From contig NC_068990.1 of NCBI RefSeq assembly GCF_001194135.2, positions 1,512,775 to 1,576,774 of the forward strand: 64,000 nucleotides of DNA, read 5' to 3'. The DNA comes from Octopus bimaculoides. Taxonomy: Eukaryota. A model generated the notes under the pieces. The model did no database searches. It was not told where the DNA came from and was given only the letters and a program-made list of their open reading frames with translations. The position numbers were made by a program, and so were the translations under genes. This document shows, piece after piece, positions 13,415-25,575 of this stretch (the stretch's first letter is position 1; every line of letters begins with the position of its first letter).

Positions 13415-13920
13415 CATCATCATCGTCGTTTAACGTCCGCTTTCCATGCTGGCATGGGTTGGGCGGTTTGATTGAGGACTGGTGAGCCAGAAAGCTGCAC
13501 AGGCTCAATCTGATCTGGCAAAGTTTCTACAGCTGCATGCCCTTCCTAATGCCAACCACTCCGAAAGTGTAGTGGATGCTTTTACATGCCACAGGCACGA
13601 GGGCCAGTCAGGCGGTTTTGGATATGACCACACTCAAAAGGTGTTTTTTATGTGCTACCTACATGGGAGCCAGTCCGGCGGTGCTGGCAACAACCATGCT
13701 TGAATGTTGTTTTTCACGTGCCTCCAGCACATGTGCCCGTTCGGTGACGGTGGCAATGATCATGCTCAAACAGTGCTTTTTACATGCCACTGGCACAGGA
13801 GCCAATCCATGGCCCTGGCAACGATCACACTCAGATGTGCTTTTAACATTCCACTAGCACGAGTGCTAATCAGGTGGTACTGTCATCGGCTACGTCAGTG
13901 ATTTTGATTTTGATTTCAAT
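13415..13920 (-). mobile_element. RTE 3'-tail repeat (family C), representative copy ending cgttaaac(gat)n
   Basis: Shared blocks tggttggcattaggaagggcat..ccagc..gccagcatggaaagcggacgttaaac plus a (GAT)n tail. Copies at 6464-6740(-), 10150-10485, 28660-28900(-), 29560-29730, 32985-33125, 35340-35425(-), 35805-35865, 42965-43145(-), 50950-51005, 51400-51530 and 60940-61429. Confidence 0.8.
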
Positions 13921-13937
13921 TGCCTCAATTGCTGAAG

Positions 13938-14529
13938 AGGGCAACAAACTGTAAGGCAAGGCAAACATATACATTATTATTACTGGAAAAAAATTCAATG
14001 TCTTGTAGCTGTTTCTGAGATATATCAGAGTATGGAATATTTCATCATCAGAGACAAATAAGGAAAATGAGAAGGTTATAGATCAATGAAATGACGACAT
14101 AGAGGAGAGGAGTAAAGGAATAAGGAGATGAAGAGAGAGAAGAACAAAGAAGCATAAAAGTTCACAGTTCAACTTTCCAATGTTGTAGAAAAAAGTCCAT
14201 ACATCCTTAGGTGCAATCCTGCGTATATCTACGCAGGATTGCACTTAAGGACTTATGGACTTATTTTTACAACATCAGAAAGTTGAAGTGTGAACTTTTA
14301 TGCATCTTTGTTCTTCTCTCTCTTCATCTCCTTATTACTTTACTCCTGTCCTCTATGTTGTCATTTCATTGATCTATACCCTTCTCATTTTCCCTATTTG
14401 TCTCTGATGACAGAATATCCCATACTCTGGGATATCCCCAAAACAGCTGTAGGACTTTGAATTTTTTCCAGTAATAGTAATAATGTGTATGACTTGAGAT
14501 GTTTGCCTTGCCTTAACGTTTGTTGTCCT
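13938..14529. repeat. Long fold-back inverted repeat, arms about 290 bp, 4-nt loop
   Basis: Centre gtgcaatcctgcgta-tatc-tacgcaggattgcac. The arms match throughout; I counted 8 mismatches in the inner 65 bp. Confidence 0.92.
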
Positions 14530-14680
14530 TGTTAACAAATATATATCTGCCATATCAGAAATCTGCAATGGCTCCATAATTACCATCTTGGCTACAACTT
14601 TGGAGCCCTAGTAATCCGTTACAGCACTTACCTAGCGTACTTTACCGTTTAGATCACCTGTGAACTAAACCCCCATATTT

Positions 14681-14727
<47 letters not shown>

Positions 14728-15573
14728 GAATGAGAAATGAAGAAAATGGATAAAATGATGTACAAACGTTATTTCTTTACATAGATTCAAATTCATGCAT
14801 AGAAATTCCTGCCTACAGCTGTTTCCACACCCAATCAATTCAATTACAGAAATAAAATCCAAATTCCCACATTGGAAACCAGTCAATTGGGTATTTCTTC
14901 AGGGAGAATTTCCAAAAAGGAAGTTAACTTTCAATGTGTAGGCTAACCTACAACAAACTCAGATGTGTGTGTTTTCTTGAATGGAAGTATTCTTGAGAAA
15001 ACCGTTGTTACTAGTTATATATATATATATATATATATACATATATATATAAAAGAAATGATGCCACACTTGGAAAACAAGTAAGGGTTAGTGACAAGAA
15101 GGATATCCAACTGTAATACCTGAAATATACATTTGTCTAACCCATGGTCACATGGAAAAACAGATATATAATGGTTGAACATGTTTTATGGATCAAACAG
15201 GAAGAACAGAATCCTATAAATGGGTATTTATATGCATGTGTATGTACATATTTATGCATATATATGATATATCTATTTACTTATTTCTGTATGTGCACAT
15301 GCATATGCATAAGTTCTCCATCTTTAGTCCTTCTCTCTCTATATCTTTTTCTTAATCTCTCTCTCTCCTCTCTCTTATCCTCCAGCTCTTCAATGTGCCA
15401 CAGAAATAAGACACTTAAAAAAACCAACATTCAATATACAACCACCCACCTACACACATACACATGCATAGACATTCATGGATGAATGTATAGGAAGAGG
15501 AGATGGGAGGAGAGAGAGAAAGAGAGCGAGATTGAGAGATTTAAATATCTTACATCCTTAAATTGAATAGCAG

Positions 15574-15641
<68 letters not shown>

Positions 15642-15823
15642 TATAATATATATATATAATAAGCTAAGAGGTAGGAAGTGGAAAAATGTCCTCGAGTCTG
15701 TAACAGCTCATAAGCTTATCTCAGCATAATGTTCCTGTCGCCACAATGCCTAGGTATATAATCCTGTTCAATAAAAAATTGTAATTGCTTTGCACATTAC
15801 CTTGATCAACCAAAAGAAAAAAC

Positions 15824-15856
<33 letters not shown>

Positions 15857-16440
15857 AGAACTTTAACAACAAACAAAAACAGACTTCTCTAGCTGTCCAT
15901 CTGACAAAAAATATATAAACGAATGCAAAGAAAAACTGTCTGTTAAGAACTGAAGATAAGAGAGAAAAGTTTTAATCTCTCACCAAAACTTTCTCTTCTC
16001 ACAATTACTTAGCTTTCTTACTCACCTGTAAACTCTTATAAAAAGAGAAGCAGAAATCTTATAAAACCTCATACCTCAGTTACTAATATGTTTTAACTTC
16101 TACCTTATATGTAACTCAAATGTTTACTTACTCAAGTGAATGATATATATATATATATATATGTATACATATATATATAGTATGTAATATTATATAATGT
16201 ATTTAATATAATATAATATAATATGATATAATATGATATCGTATGATAAAACAGTGAGCTGTCAGAAGTGTTAGAACACTGGGCAAAATACTTAGTGCTA
16301 TTTCATTCCTCTTTGACTTTCATCCTTTTGGGGTTGATAAAATAAGTGCCTGCTGAGCACTAGGGTTGATGAAATCATCTTACCCACTCCTCTGAAACTG
16401 ATGGCTTTGTGCTAAAATTTGAAACCAATATGATATATTG

Positions 16441-16730
16441 TGATTCGAATTGTATAATATTATGTATCCATTTCGGCTGATCTTACCAATTGGTTTTACA
16501 CAAGCGATTCAACGGACTGTTAAGTAACAGCCTGGTTATGTAACCCTGTGCTCTTCAGAGGTAGCCATTATGGAATGAAATATGGCGGCTGCTCTCTATC
16601 GTTGGCAGTGAATAGACACATCAAGTTTGTGGTTGCTATGAAAAAGACAATGAAACGAATCGCATAGAGGAATTGGCACTTGGTGTCAAAAACATCAACT
16701 CAGGGGGTGGTTCTGTTGCAAGTTGGTGAG
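16441..16730. promoter_or_regulatory. CpG-retaining promoter-like island with YY1-like motifs and divergent splice donors
   Basis: About 8 CpG in 240 bp against a CpG-poor background. AAATATGGCGGC on + near 16588 and CATAATGGCTAC on - near 16561-16572. Donor TTG|gtaaga on - at 16486 and TTG|gtgaga on + at 16726. Confidence 0.3.
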
Positions 16731-17034
16731 AATTTTTAGGAAAAGAGTTTATGGGAAATGTGTGTATCATATAATATATATGTATATGTGTGTGTGTGTG
16801 TGCGTGTGTGTGTGTGTGCGTGCGTGTGTTTTTGTTTTTTGTTTCTCTCATCCACAGTTTGTCAACCAGTGTAGGCTTGTTTGCATCCCTGTATCTTAAC
16901 TGTGTGGCAAGAAAGTAACTAATGGGATAAGTACCGGGCTTTAAAAAGAATAATATTGGGATTGATTTTTCAACTAGACCCTTCAAGGTGCTGCCTCTAC
17001 ATAGCTGCAGTCTAACGACTAAAACAATTAAAGG

Positions 17035-17066
<32 letters not shown>

Positions 17067-17680
17067 NNNNNNNNNNNNNNNNNNNNNNNNNNNNNNNNNN
17101 NNNNNNNNNNNNNNNNNNNNNNNNNNNNNNNNNNNNNNNNNNNNNNNNNNNNNNNNNNNNNNNNNNNNNNNNNNNNNNNNNNNNNNNNNNNNNNNNNNNN
17201 NNNNNNNNNNNNNNNNNNNNNNNNNNNNNNNNNNNNNNNNNNNNNNNNNNNNNNNNNNNNNNNNNNNNNNNNNNNNNNNNNNNNNNNNNNNNNNNNNNNN
17301 NNNNNNNNNNNNNNNNNNNNNNNNNNNNNNNNNNNNNNNNNNNNNNNNNNNNNNNNNNNNNNNNNNNNNNNNNNNNNNNNNNNNNNNNNNNNNNNNNNNN
17401 NNNNNNNNNNNNNNNNNNNNNNNNNNNNNNNNNNNNNNNNNNNNNNNNNNNNNNNNNNNNNNNNNNNNNNNNNNNNNNNNNNNNNNNNNNNNNNNNNNNN
17501 NNNNNNNNNNNNNNNNNNNNNNNNNNNNNNNNNNNNNNNNNNNNNNNNNNNNNNNNNNNNNNNNNNNNNNNNNNNNNNNNNNNNNNNNNNNNNNNNNNNN
17601 NNNNNNNNNNNNNNNNNNNNNNNNNNNNNNNNNNNNNNNNNNNNNNNNNNNNNNNNNNNNNNNNNNNNNNNNNNNNNNNN

Positions 17681-17719
<39 letters not shown>

Positions 17720-17722
<3 letters not shown>

Positions 17723-19341
17723 TATCTCACAGAAATATGTACACCCTAAAAACTTTCAGTAAAATTACTATTACTCCGATAATGTTGAAGGAAATCAAAT
17801 GAAATTTATACTGAATAAAATATATTATGCATGTAAACATTATATGAAACAATAAACATTTTCAAAGATATGAAGAAAAATTTATTTTCAAATGATACAA
17901 AAATATGTACACCCTAAAGGATTATTTGCTATGTTTAATATTTGATGTGACCACCCTTACTTTCAATGACTGCATTAAGTCATCTGGGTATAGAGTTGAC
18001 TAAATTTCCACATATAACCAATGTCATCGACTTCCATTCTTCCTGAATGTCTTTCAAAAGTGTTACACTGCGGGGTCTTTTCTCCGCAACCTTCCTTTTC
18101 AAAACACCCCACGAATGTTCTGTTGGGTTTAAATCAGGTGACATAGTAGGCCAATGCAATACTTTTACCTTTTTATCTTATAAAAACTTAGTCGTCATCT
18201 TTGAAGTATATTTAGGGTCATTATCATGTTGGAACATGAAATGTCTTCCTAGTTCCTTGATGCTTTTGAACATTGTCTTCTGCAATATGTCACAATAAAT
18301 CCTTGAATCCCTTGTTCTATCAATAAATTTGAGTCCACCCACACCAGCTGCAGTCATGCATCATCAAAGCATAACACTCTCGCTTCTGTGTTTCACAGTA
18401 GGCATGGTGCATTTGTCACTATTATCTTCACCTGGTTTTCGCCATGCTCGTTTAATACCATGTGACCCAAACAAGTTGATTTTAGTCTCGTTAGAAAAAA
18501 GAATTTTATTCCAAAACTCCTTCCCCTTTCTCACATAGGTTTCGACAAAAGGAAAACGACTTGATTTAAGCCTGGTAGTAGGAGAGGCTTCTTATGAGGA
18601 ATGCGTCTATGAAGACCACACTGGTTCAAATTTCGGTGAACTGTTTGGGCAGATACACTCTTTTTACTAAAAGAAGACACTTCTAGGGCCAAAGATGAAG
18701 CAGTACGGTGCTTGTCATCCATCACACAACATTGGATGTGGCAAATATCACGTGCAGTTAAAACAGAAGATCAACATGGATGATGTTTATTGTTTAGCTG
18801 TTCAGTAGCTTTGTACTTCTGAATTACTTTGGCAACTGTGTTTACACTAATATGTACTCATTTGCTAACTAACTTGTATCCTAAACCATTCTTGTACAAA
18901 TTAAAAATAATTTTCTTCAAATCTTCAGACAATTCTTTTCCTTTTGGTGTCATTTTAATTGCAATGAAGAAGATTTTCACCACGGTACGCAAATCAGAAC
19001 TCCTGCAGATATAGGAACAATGACTGGTACAAAAATGTCAGGAGAAATAATTTATTGGAATTGAAATTATCAGCAAAATCTGAATTTAGTTAAAAAAGGT
19101 CGATGAAACATTAAATATAGTAAATTTTCTTTCAGGTGTACATATTTTTGTAATGCTTGAAAATTAATATTCCATTCATATCTTTGAAATATTTATTGTT
19201 TTGTGTTCCAAGTTTGTATAATGTTTGCATGTATAATATATTTTATTCTGCATAAATTTCATTTTAATTCCTTTGATATTATCAGAGTAATGGCAATTTT
19301 ACTGAAATTTTTAGGAGTGTACATATTTCTGTGAGATACTG
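17720..19341 (-). mobile_element. Full-length, inactivated Tc1-like (DD34E) transposon of IR/DR type, 1622 bp
   Basis: TA-flanked ends CAGTATCTCACAGAAATATGTACAC ... GTGTACATATTTCTGTGAGATACTG; roughly 200-bp TIRs each with an internal repeat of aaatatgtacacc. Transposase 18953->17935 reads MTPKGKELSEDLKK..., QHDNDPKYTS...SPDLNPTEH (34 residues D to E), with stops and frameshifts. Confidence 0.93.
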
Positions 19342-19465
19342 TATATATACATATATATATTTATACACACTCACACATATATATGCTTATATTTTTATGT
19401 ATGTATATGTATATGTTTATATATGTATATATATATGTGTGTATATATATATATGTGTGTATATA

Positions 19466-19499
<34 letters not shown>

Positions 19500-19505
<6 letters not shown>

Positions 19506-20508
19506 TCGCCAAGCCAACATGGCAGTCCCAAAATTAGGACGAAAGCTGCCGTGAATTAGCTCCAAGAAGCCATCGCCTCTAGCTAGCTATGTGACACACG
19601 AAACCTGTGTCCTTTATAACCTTCGAACAGGGGAGGTCAGCAGTGTCCCCCTGCTGGTTTGGCATCTGCAGACTAGTTTCAGGGTGTTGCCCCTTGTCAA
19701 TGCAGAGCAGCCAAGCCTTAGCCAGGCGGCGCTGCTGACTATCTGCTCGAAGGTTATTTATCTAATTTCAGTGGATAGATTCCACTGAAATTAGATAAAT
19801 AGCACTAGCCACTGTTTTCCTATATCAGTGGANNNNNNNNNNNNNNNNNNNNNNNNNNNNNNNNNNNNNNNNNNNNNNNNNNNNNNNNNNNNNNNNNNNN
19901 NNNNNNNNNNNNNNNNNNNNNNNNNNNNNNNNNNNNNNNNNNNNNNNNNNNNNNNNNNNNNNNNNNNNNNNNNNNNNNNNNNNNNNNNNNNNNNNNNNNN
20001 NNNNNNNNNNNNNNNNNNNNNNNNNNNNNNNNNNNNNNNNNNNNNNNNNNNNNNNNNNNNNNNNNNNNNNNNNNNNNNNNNNNNNNNNNNNNNNNNNNNN
20101 NNNNNNNNNNNNNNNNNNNNNNNNNNNNNNNNNNNNNNNNNNNNNNNNNNNNNNNNNNNNNNNNNNNNNNNNNNNNNNNNNNNNNNNNNNNNNNNNNNNN
20201 NNNNNNNNNNNNNNNNNNNNNNNNNNNNNNNNNNNNNNNNNNNNNNNNNNNNNNNNNNNNNNNNNNNNNNNNNNNNNNNNNNNNNNNNNNNNNNNNNNNN
20301 NNNNNNNNNNNNNNNNNNNNNNNNNNNNNNNNNNNNNNNNNNNNNNNNNNNNNNNNNNNNNNNNNNNNNNNNNNNNNNNNNNNNNNNNNNNNNNNNNNNN
20401 NNCTGGTTTTCAGAAATAGAGTTATTAATATTTCTAAGTCTCTCTAAAGGAGACTACGGCAGCTTTCGTCCTAATTTTGGGACTGCCATGTTGGCTTGGC
20501 GATAACTA
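19500..20508. mobile_element. Probable TIR element with identical 52-bp inverted termini, spanning an N gap
   Basis: 19500-19551 tagttatcgccaagccaacatggcagtcccaaaattaggacgaaagctgccg is the exact reverse complement of 20457-20508. Confidence 0.55.
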
Positions 20509-21003
20509 TTAATTTCCAGTACCGCTGCCGTAGTCTCCTTTAGAGAGACTTAGAAATATTAATAACTCTATTTCTGAAAACCAGTGGATAGATTCCACTG
20601 AAATTAGATAAATAGCACTAGCCACTGTTTTCCTATATCAGTGGAGATGGAACTTGTGTAAGCATGCCGTGATGGTGGATAATTGCTAATTATGATATGC
20701 AAATACATAGAAATTCCAGACCTAGCAGTTCCACTGTGGCTGCTGGACACTTTACATCTACTAATGATACTTCTGTGATTTTTAGCCCCTCATGTCTATA
20801 CAAGATACTTTCACCAGATAAAAACTACAGTATTGTGACCTGTTTTACAGTATATCCACATTAAGTAAGATATGCGGTTTGTAATTCTGAACTAATATTG
20901 CTTCTGTTGCTAATATCTAATATATTTATTGTGTATGTATATATTTGTTTGTCAGGATCTGAGTTCTTCTTGGGAATTATTGCACTCTTGCATTTGTGTG
21001 TGA

Positions 21004-21073
<70 letters not shown>

Positions 21074-21757
21074 NNNNNNNNNNNNNNNNNNNNNNNNNNN
21101 NNNNNNNNNNNNNNNNNNNNNNNNNNNNNNNNNNNNNNNNNNNNNNNNNNNNNNNNNNNNNNNNNNNNNNNNNNNNNNNNNNNNNNNNNNNNNNNNNNNN
21201 NNNNNNNNNNNNNNNNNNNNNNNNNNNNNNNNNNNNNNNNNNNNNNNNNNNNNNNNNNNNNNNNNNNNNNNNNNNNNNNNNNNNNNNNNNNNNNNNNNNN
21301 NNNNNNNNNNNNNNNNNNNNNNNNNNNNNNNNNNNNNNNNNNNNNNNNNNNNNNNNNNNNNNNNNNNNNNNNNNNNNNNNNNNNNNNNNNNNNNNNNNNN
21401 NNNNNNNNNNNNNNNNNNNNNNNNNNNNNNNNNNNNNNNNNNNNNNNNNNNNNNNNNNNNNNNNNNNNNNNNNNNNNNNNNNNNNNNNNNNNNNNNNNNN
21501 NNNNNNNNNNNNNNNNNNNNNNNNNNNNNNNNNNNNNNNNNNNNNNNNNNNNNNNNNNNNNNNNNNNNNNNNNNNNNNNNNNNNNAAGGGAGATAAGTGC
21601 ATGAGTCTATCAAAATCATTGAATTGGCTGACATGTTTATGATACAATTAAGAGAAGAGAGAAAACACTCAATAATGAGAGACTTTAAAGAATAAAGCAT
21701 TCGATAAATAGACTATCTAAGTTAGTGTTTGTCTTTAGAATATCTCCCTATAATACA

Positions 21758-21808
<51 letters not shown>

Positions 21809-22992
21809 GTTGTTGTTGGTGGTGGTGGTGGTGGTGTCGTTATTAGTAAATGTGCTCACCAGATATTGCTGGCCTTCATTACGCTGCCATTGCATAATAA
21901 AAATATGCTTCCTAAATAAACTCCATTTTAAGACCATTAACTTCTTACATTTTCTCTAAAATAGTTATTTTGACATAGCGGAGCATGAAGCCTGTTATGT
22001 TTTTCAATAAACCCCACTCTAAAACCCATTCTTTTCTTCTAAAGTATTCCTAGCAACACTGTTGTTTGTCTGTAGTCTTTTGCAAAAGCACAACTGGATT
22101 GTTTCTTGGGTTAATAGAAGAGGAAAAAATATAGCCTTGCTTGGAAACAGATGCAGATTGGTGAAGGAAAGGGCATTCAGCTATAAAGAATCTGTGTGAG
22201 TAAAGTCTTATCTGAGACATGCAAATTTGAAAAAGTAGATGTTAAACTAATAAAGATGATGTTATCATACATATATCAGTGGCCTTTGATAGTTATTACA
22301 GATAGTTGAAGCAGCAACCTCACTACTACAACAATTACACTCAAAGTCGATTACTTTAAAGGCCCTCTCACAGAAAGCACAAAACTGTGAGGAGTTGCCT
22401 CTTTGTATTGTTCATTGCGCCCATTTGTTTCCAGTTCCATAACAATGAAACCGCTGTTGATTTTTCTTCTACAGGCTGGTCTATCATTATCCACACTTTC
22501 TCATTTATTGCTATGAACATGGCAACTGACCAGGCAAATAATCTTCCATATGAGTTTGATGTGCAGTGTGGGTCTTACGTTTTTGTTTCTAGAGAAAACT
22601 CACCGAAGAACGGGTTACTGGAATCCTGCTGTCTTCTATATGTTTAATTTGGCTTCATAATGATAAGTATCACTAACATATTAAGGCATTACTGGTATTT
22701 ACTATATCTGATGAAATGGAGGAAACTGATTCAAACTTTATATGAAATGCTAATAACTACCTTTCATGAAACTTAAGTAGCACATATGTATAACTTAAGT
22801 ACTCTACAAACACTATAGATAACTCTGCTTGAGGTGTCAAGTGTGTATTACATGCTGAATGTTCCCTGAATGATAGGTGTTGATTCATATCATGTGTTTG
22901 AAAGGTTCATGACAGATAAAAGTGCTTACACACAAAATCCTCTTTTTATTTTCTATAGCTTGTGTTAATCTATATACATGTATAAATATAGA

Positions 22993-23808
22993 CAGGGTGC
23001 GATGTGTAAATTGTCACCATTTTATATTTTTAATTTCACACATGCACATTGTTTGTTTTTGATTTTGTCAACTACACAGTATAGTAGGGCCAGTTGGGCA
23101 CTGTCTGTGAGAGAAACAACACCCTGATGCAATTCACTCTGCCAGAAATTTGGAAATGACATGCTGTACTGCTTGGCATTCATGCTGGAAGCTCCAATTC
23201 AAACATTTTANNNNNNNNNNGGCATTCATGCTGGAAGCTCCAATTCAAACATTTTAGAGTGTTTGGGTATCAATCTGAGGACAGTGCAATCTGAAGACAT
23301 GTACCAAGAGTGATGATAATCAAACACCCAGTCAACATCTTGGTGTTTAGAGATATTTCTAGTGATGGCGACATTATGCCTCCATTCAACTTCCCATGTG
23401 GCCTCAGACTCAACATAGAGGCCTACTTTAAGTGCCTGGAGGAGGTAGTGCTTCCCTGGGTTAAGAGGGTGACTGCTGGAAGAAGACCCTATGTCTGACA
23501 ACAGGACTCTGCACCATGCTGCACAAGCCAGAGAATCCAGTCATGGCTGTCATAATTTCTGTGACTGCATCACACCTAACATCTCACCACCTAACTCTCC
23601 AGACTGCAACCCCCTTGATTATTATGTGTGGGACACAGTTGAACGAGAGACCAACAAAATTCCTTGTAACACCGAAGAGGACCTGAAGGCAAGGATTACA
23701 ACATCATTCACCAACTTAAACAAGGAGACCGTCCAGAAGAGTTGCAGAAGATTCCAAAGTTGTCTGGTGGCTGTGGTTGGAGTCAATGGCGATTTTATTG
23801 AATAAATT
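22993..23808 (+). mobile_element. maT-type (DD37D) Tc1/mariner remnant
   Basis: Left end cagggtgcgatgtgtaaattgtcacc. Transposase pieces KHPVNILVF..ISSDGDIMPP..QQDSAP..PPNSPDCNPLDYYVW..NGDFIE*. No right TIR found. Confidence 0.85.
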
Positions 23809-23921
23809 TACTCTTTAGTATTTCAAGATATTTTGATGTAAGTTTGGTAAATATATCTGTTAAAATGAGATGTCCATGTTATTTTCATTTTTGTGTATAT
23901 TTTTTGTATATATGTTATATA

Positions 23922-23966
<45 letters not shown>

Positions 23967-24325
23967 NNNNNNNNNNNNNNNNNNNNNNNNNNNNNNNNNN
24001 NNNNNNNNNNNNNNATATATAAAACATATTTCTCTGCCATACATACAAAACATTTCTCATTACCACCACTTTTTTGTTCTTTTAATGATGAGACCTATGG
24101 ATAGTTGAATTGTACAATACTGGATAGCCACAAAGACACATTGGTTACTGTAGTCAAAGATATGCTACATCTAAAAGAAGATGGAGTGGAGGGGTGTGAT
24201 CAGAGGTCTGCCAAATCATGGCTGACCTGAAGCTAAACAACATCATCACATACAGCAGCTAGCAATACCTCTTCACTTTAAAGCATATGTAAACGTATTG
24301 CTTTTTCTTTATTTTTATATTCCAG

Positions 24326-24394
24326 CAACTAAATGAACTGGTTGAAAGACATGTCACAGAAATTGATGCTTCCGGAAAAATCACTGCTCCACAG
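24326..24394 (+). CDS. CFAP65: CFAP65 internal coding exon, 69 nt, phase 0-0
   Basis: Long pyrimidine tract ctttttctttatttttatattccag| and donor CAG|gtttaa (weak). Translates QLNELVERHVTEIDASGKITAPQ, matching the human segment ILDAMLKEKKLAQDQNGALMIP...APQ in position and L/D/G/P pattern. Confidence 0.72.
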
Positions 24395-25144
24395 GTTTAA
24401 ATATTTATGGAATTTTTGACATTGACATGGTTTTTAGTCTTTCTTTCTAAGTTTTGCAACTCTACATCTGATTTACATGTATTTACATAAGTTTTGAATA
24501 TTTTTCATTCTTCACCAGCATTACATGTAGGTTAGGCTAAGGTTGCAGATCGCTGTCAAGACGATAGATCAACAGCACAAATACAAACAGAATGCGGTTG
24601 AGAAAATTAAGTAAAATGTATAGTTAACAAAAATAAAACATAAAATATAAATGCAGCAAAAAAAAGAAGCATTAAGCTAACAAATGTAATAAAATAATTT
24701 TAAAAAGTGGGGAAAAAAAGCAAAAAGAGAAAAGCTGGGGGACATGGGAACTTTACTTTATTAATGTTGCTTATGGCTACACTGATAAGTGGGGATTGTA
24801 TAAGTAGCTAAGAAGGTTGGTAAATAGAACTACATTGTGTGTACTTGGAGTCAATAAGTGGGGCCCTGAACATGGTCGTTTTCCCTACCAGAAATAACAC
24901 TCATATGTCATGCAAATTATATGCCAGCATTTTAAAGGAGATATGGCCATTTGGATAAAGTTACCCCTGGACACACAGTTTGCAAAAAGCATGGTAGTCA
25001 TGGGTGGAGTGACCCAACTCGGTCTTGGCTAACCTGCGTCTAAACAACTACATTGGCAAGAATGTAATAATTTTGGTCAGCAGTCAAACAGCTTGATCCT
25101 TTAGCATTCTGACTGCTCTATCAAAAGCAATATTTATTCATAGT

Positions 25145-25575
25145 AAGGCGGCAAGCAGGCAGAAACGTTAGCACGCCAGGCGAAATGCTTAGCAGTATTT
25201 CGTCTCTTTTTACATTCTGAGTTCAAATTCTGCTGAGGATGACTTTGTCTTTCATCTTTTTGGATGAAATTAAGTACCAGTTGCATACTGGGGTCGATCT
25301 AATTGACTGGCCTCCTCCCCCAAAATTTCGGGCCTTGTGCCTAGAGTAGAAAAGAATATTTATTCACATATTCATAAAAGATAGCGAACTGGCAGAATCG
25401 TTAGCACGCCAGGCGAAATGCTTAGTGGTATTTCGTCTTCCGCTACATTCTGAGTTCAAATTCCACTGAGGTCAACTTTACCTTTCATCCATTCGGGGTC
25501 GACTTAATTCCTTTGTCTGTCCTTGTTTGTCCCTTCTATGTTTAGCCCCTTGTAGGCAATAAGGAAATAAGAATA
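25145..25575 (+). mobile_element. Two tandem copies of tRNA-derived SINE family B
   Basis: Head gcgagctggcagaa..gttagcacgcc..gcgaaatgcttag and B-box-like gagttcaaattcc. Other copies near 2465-2680, 8590-8830, 16250-16430, 27938-28335, 44475-44690, 45674-45900, 55270-55455(-), 57527-58079 and 63925-64000. Confidence 0.85.

Noticed and set aside
16636-17802. Long ORFs of 230-360 aa in the ORF track (also 19828-20505, 20861-21700, 53470-54286, 61263-62359)
   Set aside because: They run through N gaps (poly-X) and dinucleotide repeats; they are not coding evidence.
22387-22647. 86-aa + ORF with an acceptor-like site at 22474
   Set aside because: No CFAP65 similarity, no good donor and no recognisable family.
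23175-23256. Direct duplication of ggcattcatgctggaagctccaattcaaacatttta inside the maT element
   Set aside because: It flanks a 10-N gap; assembly overlap artefact.
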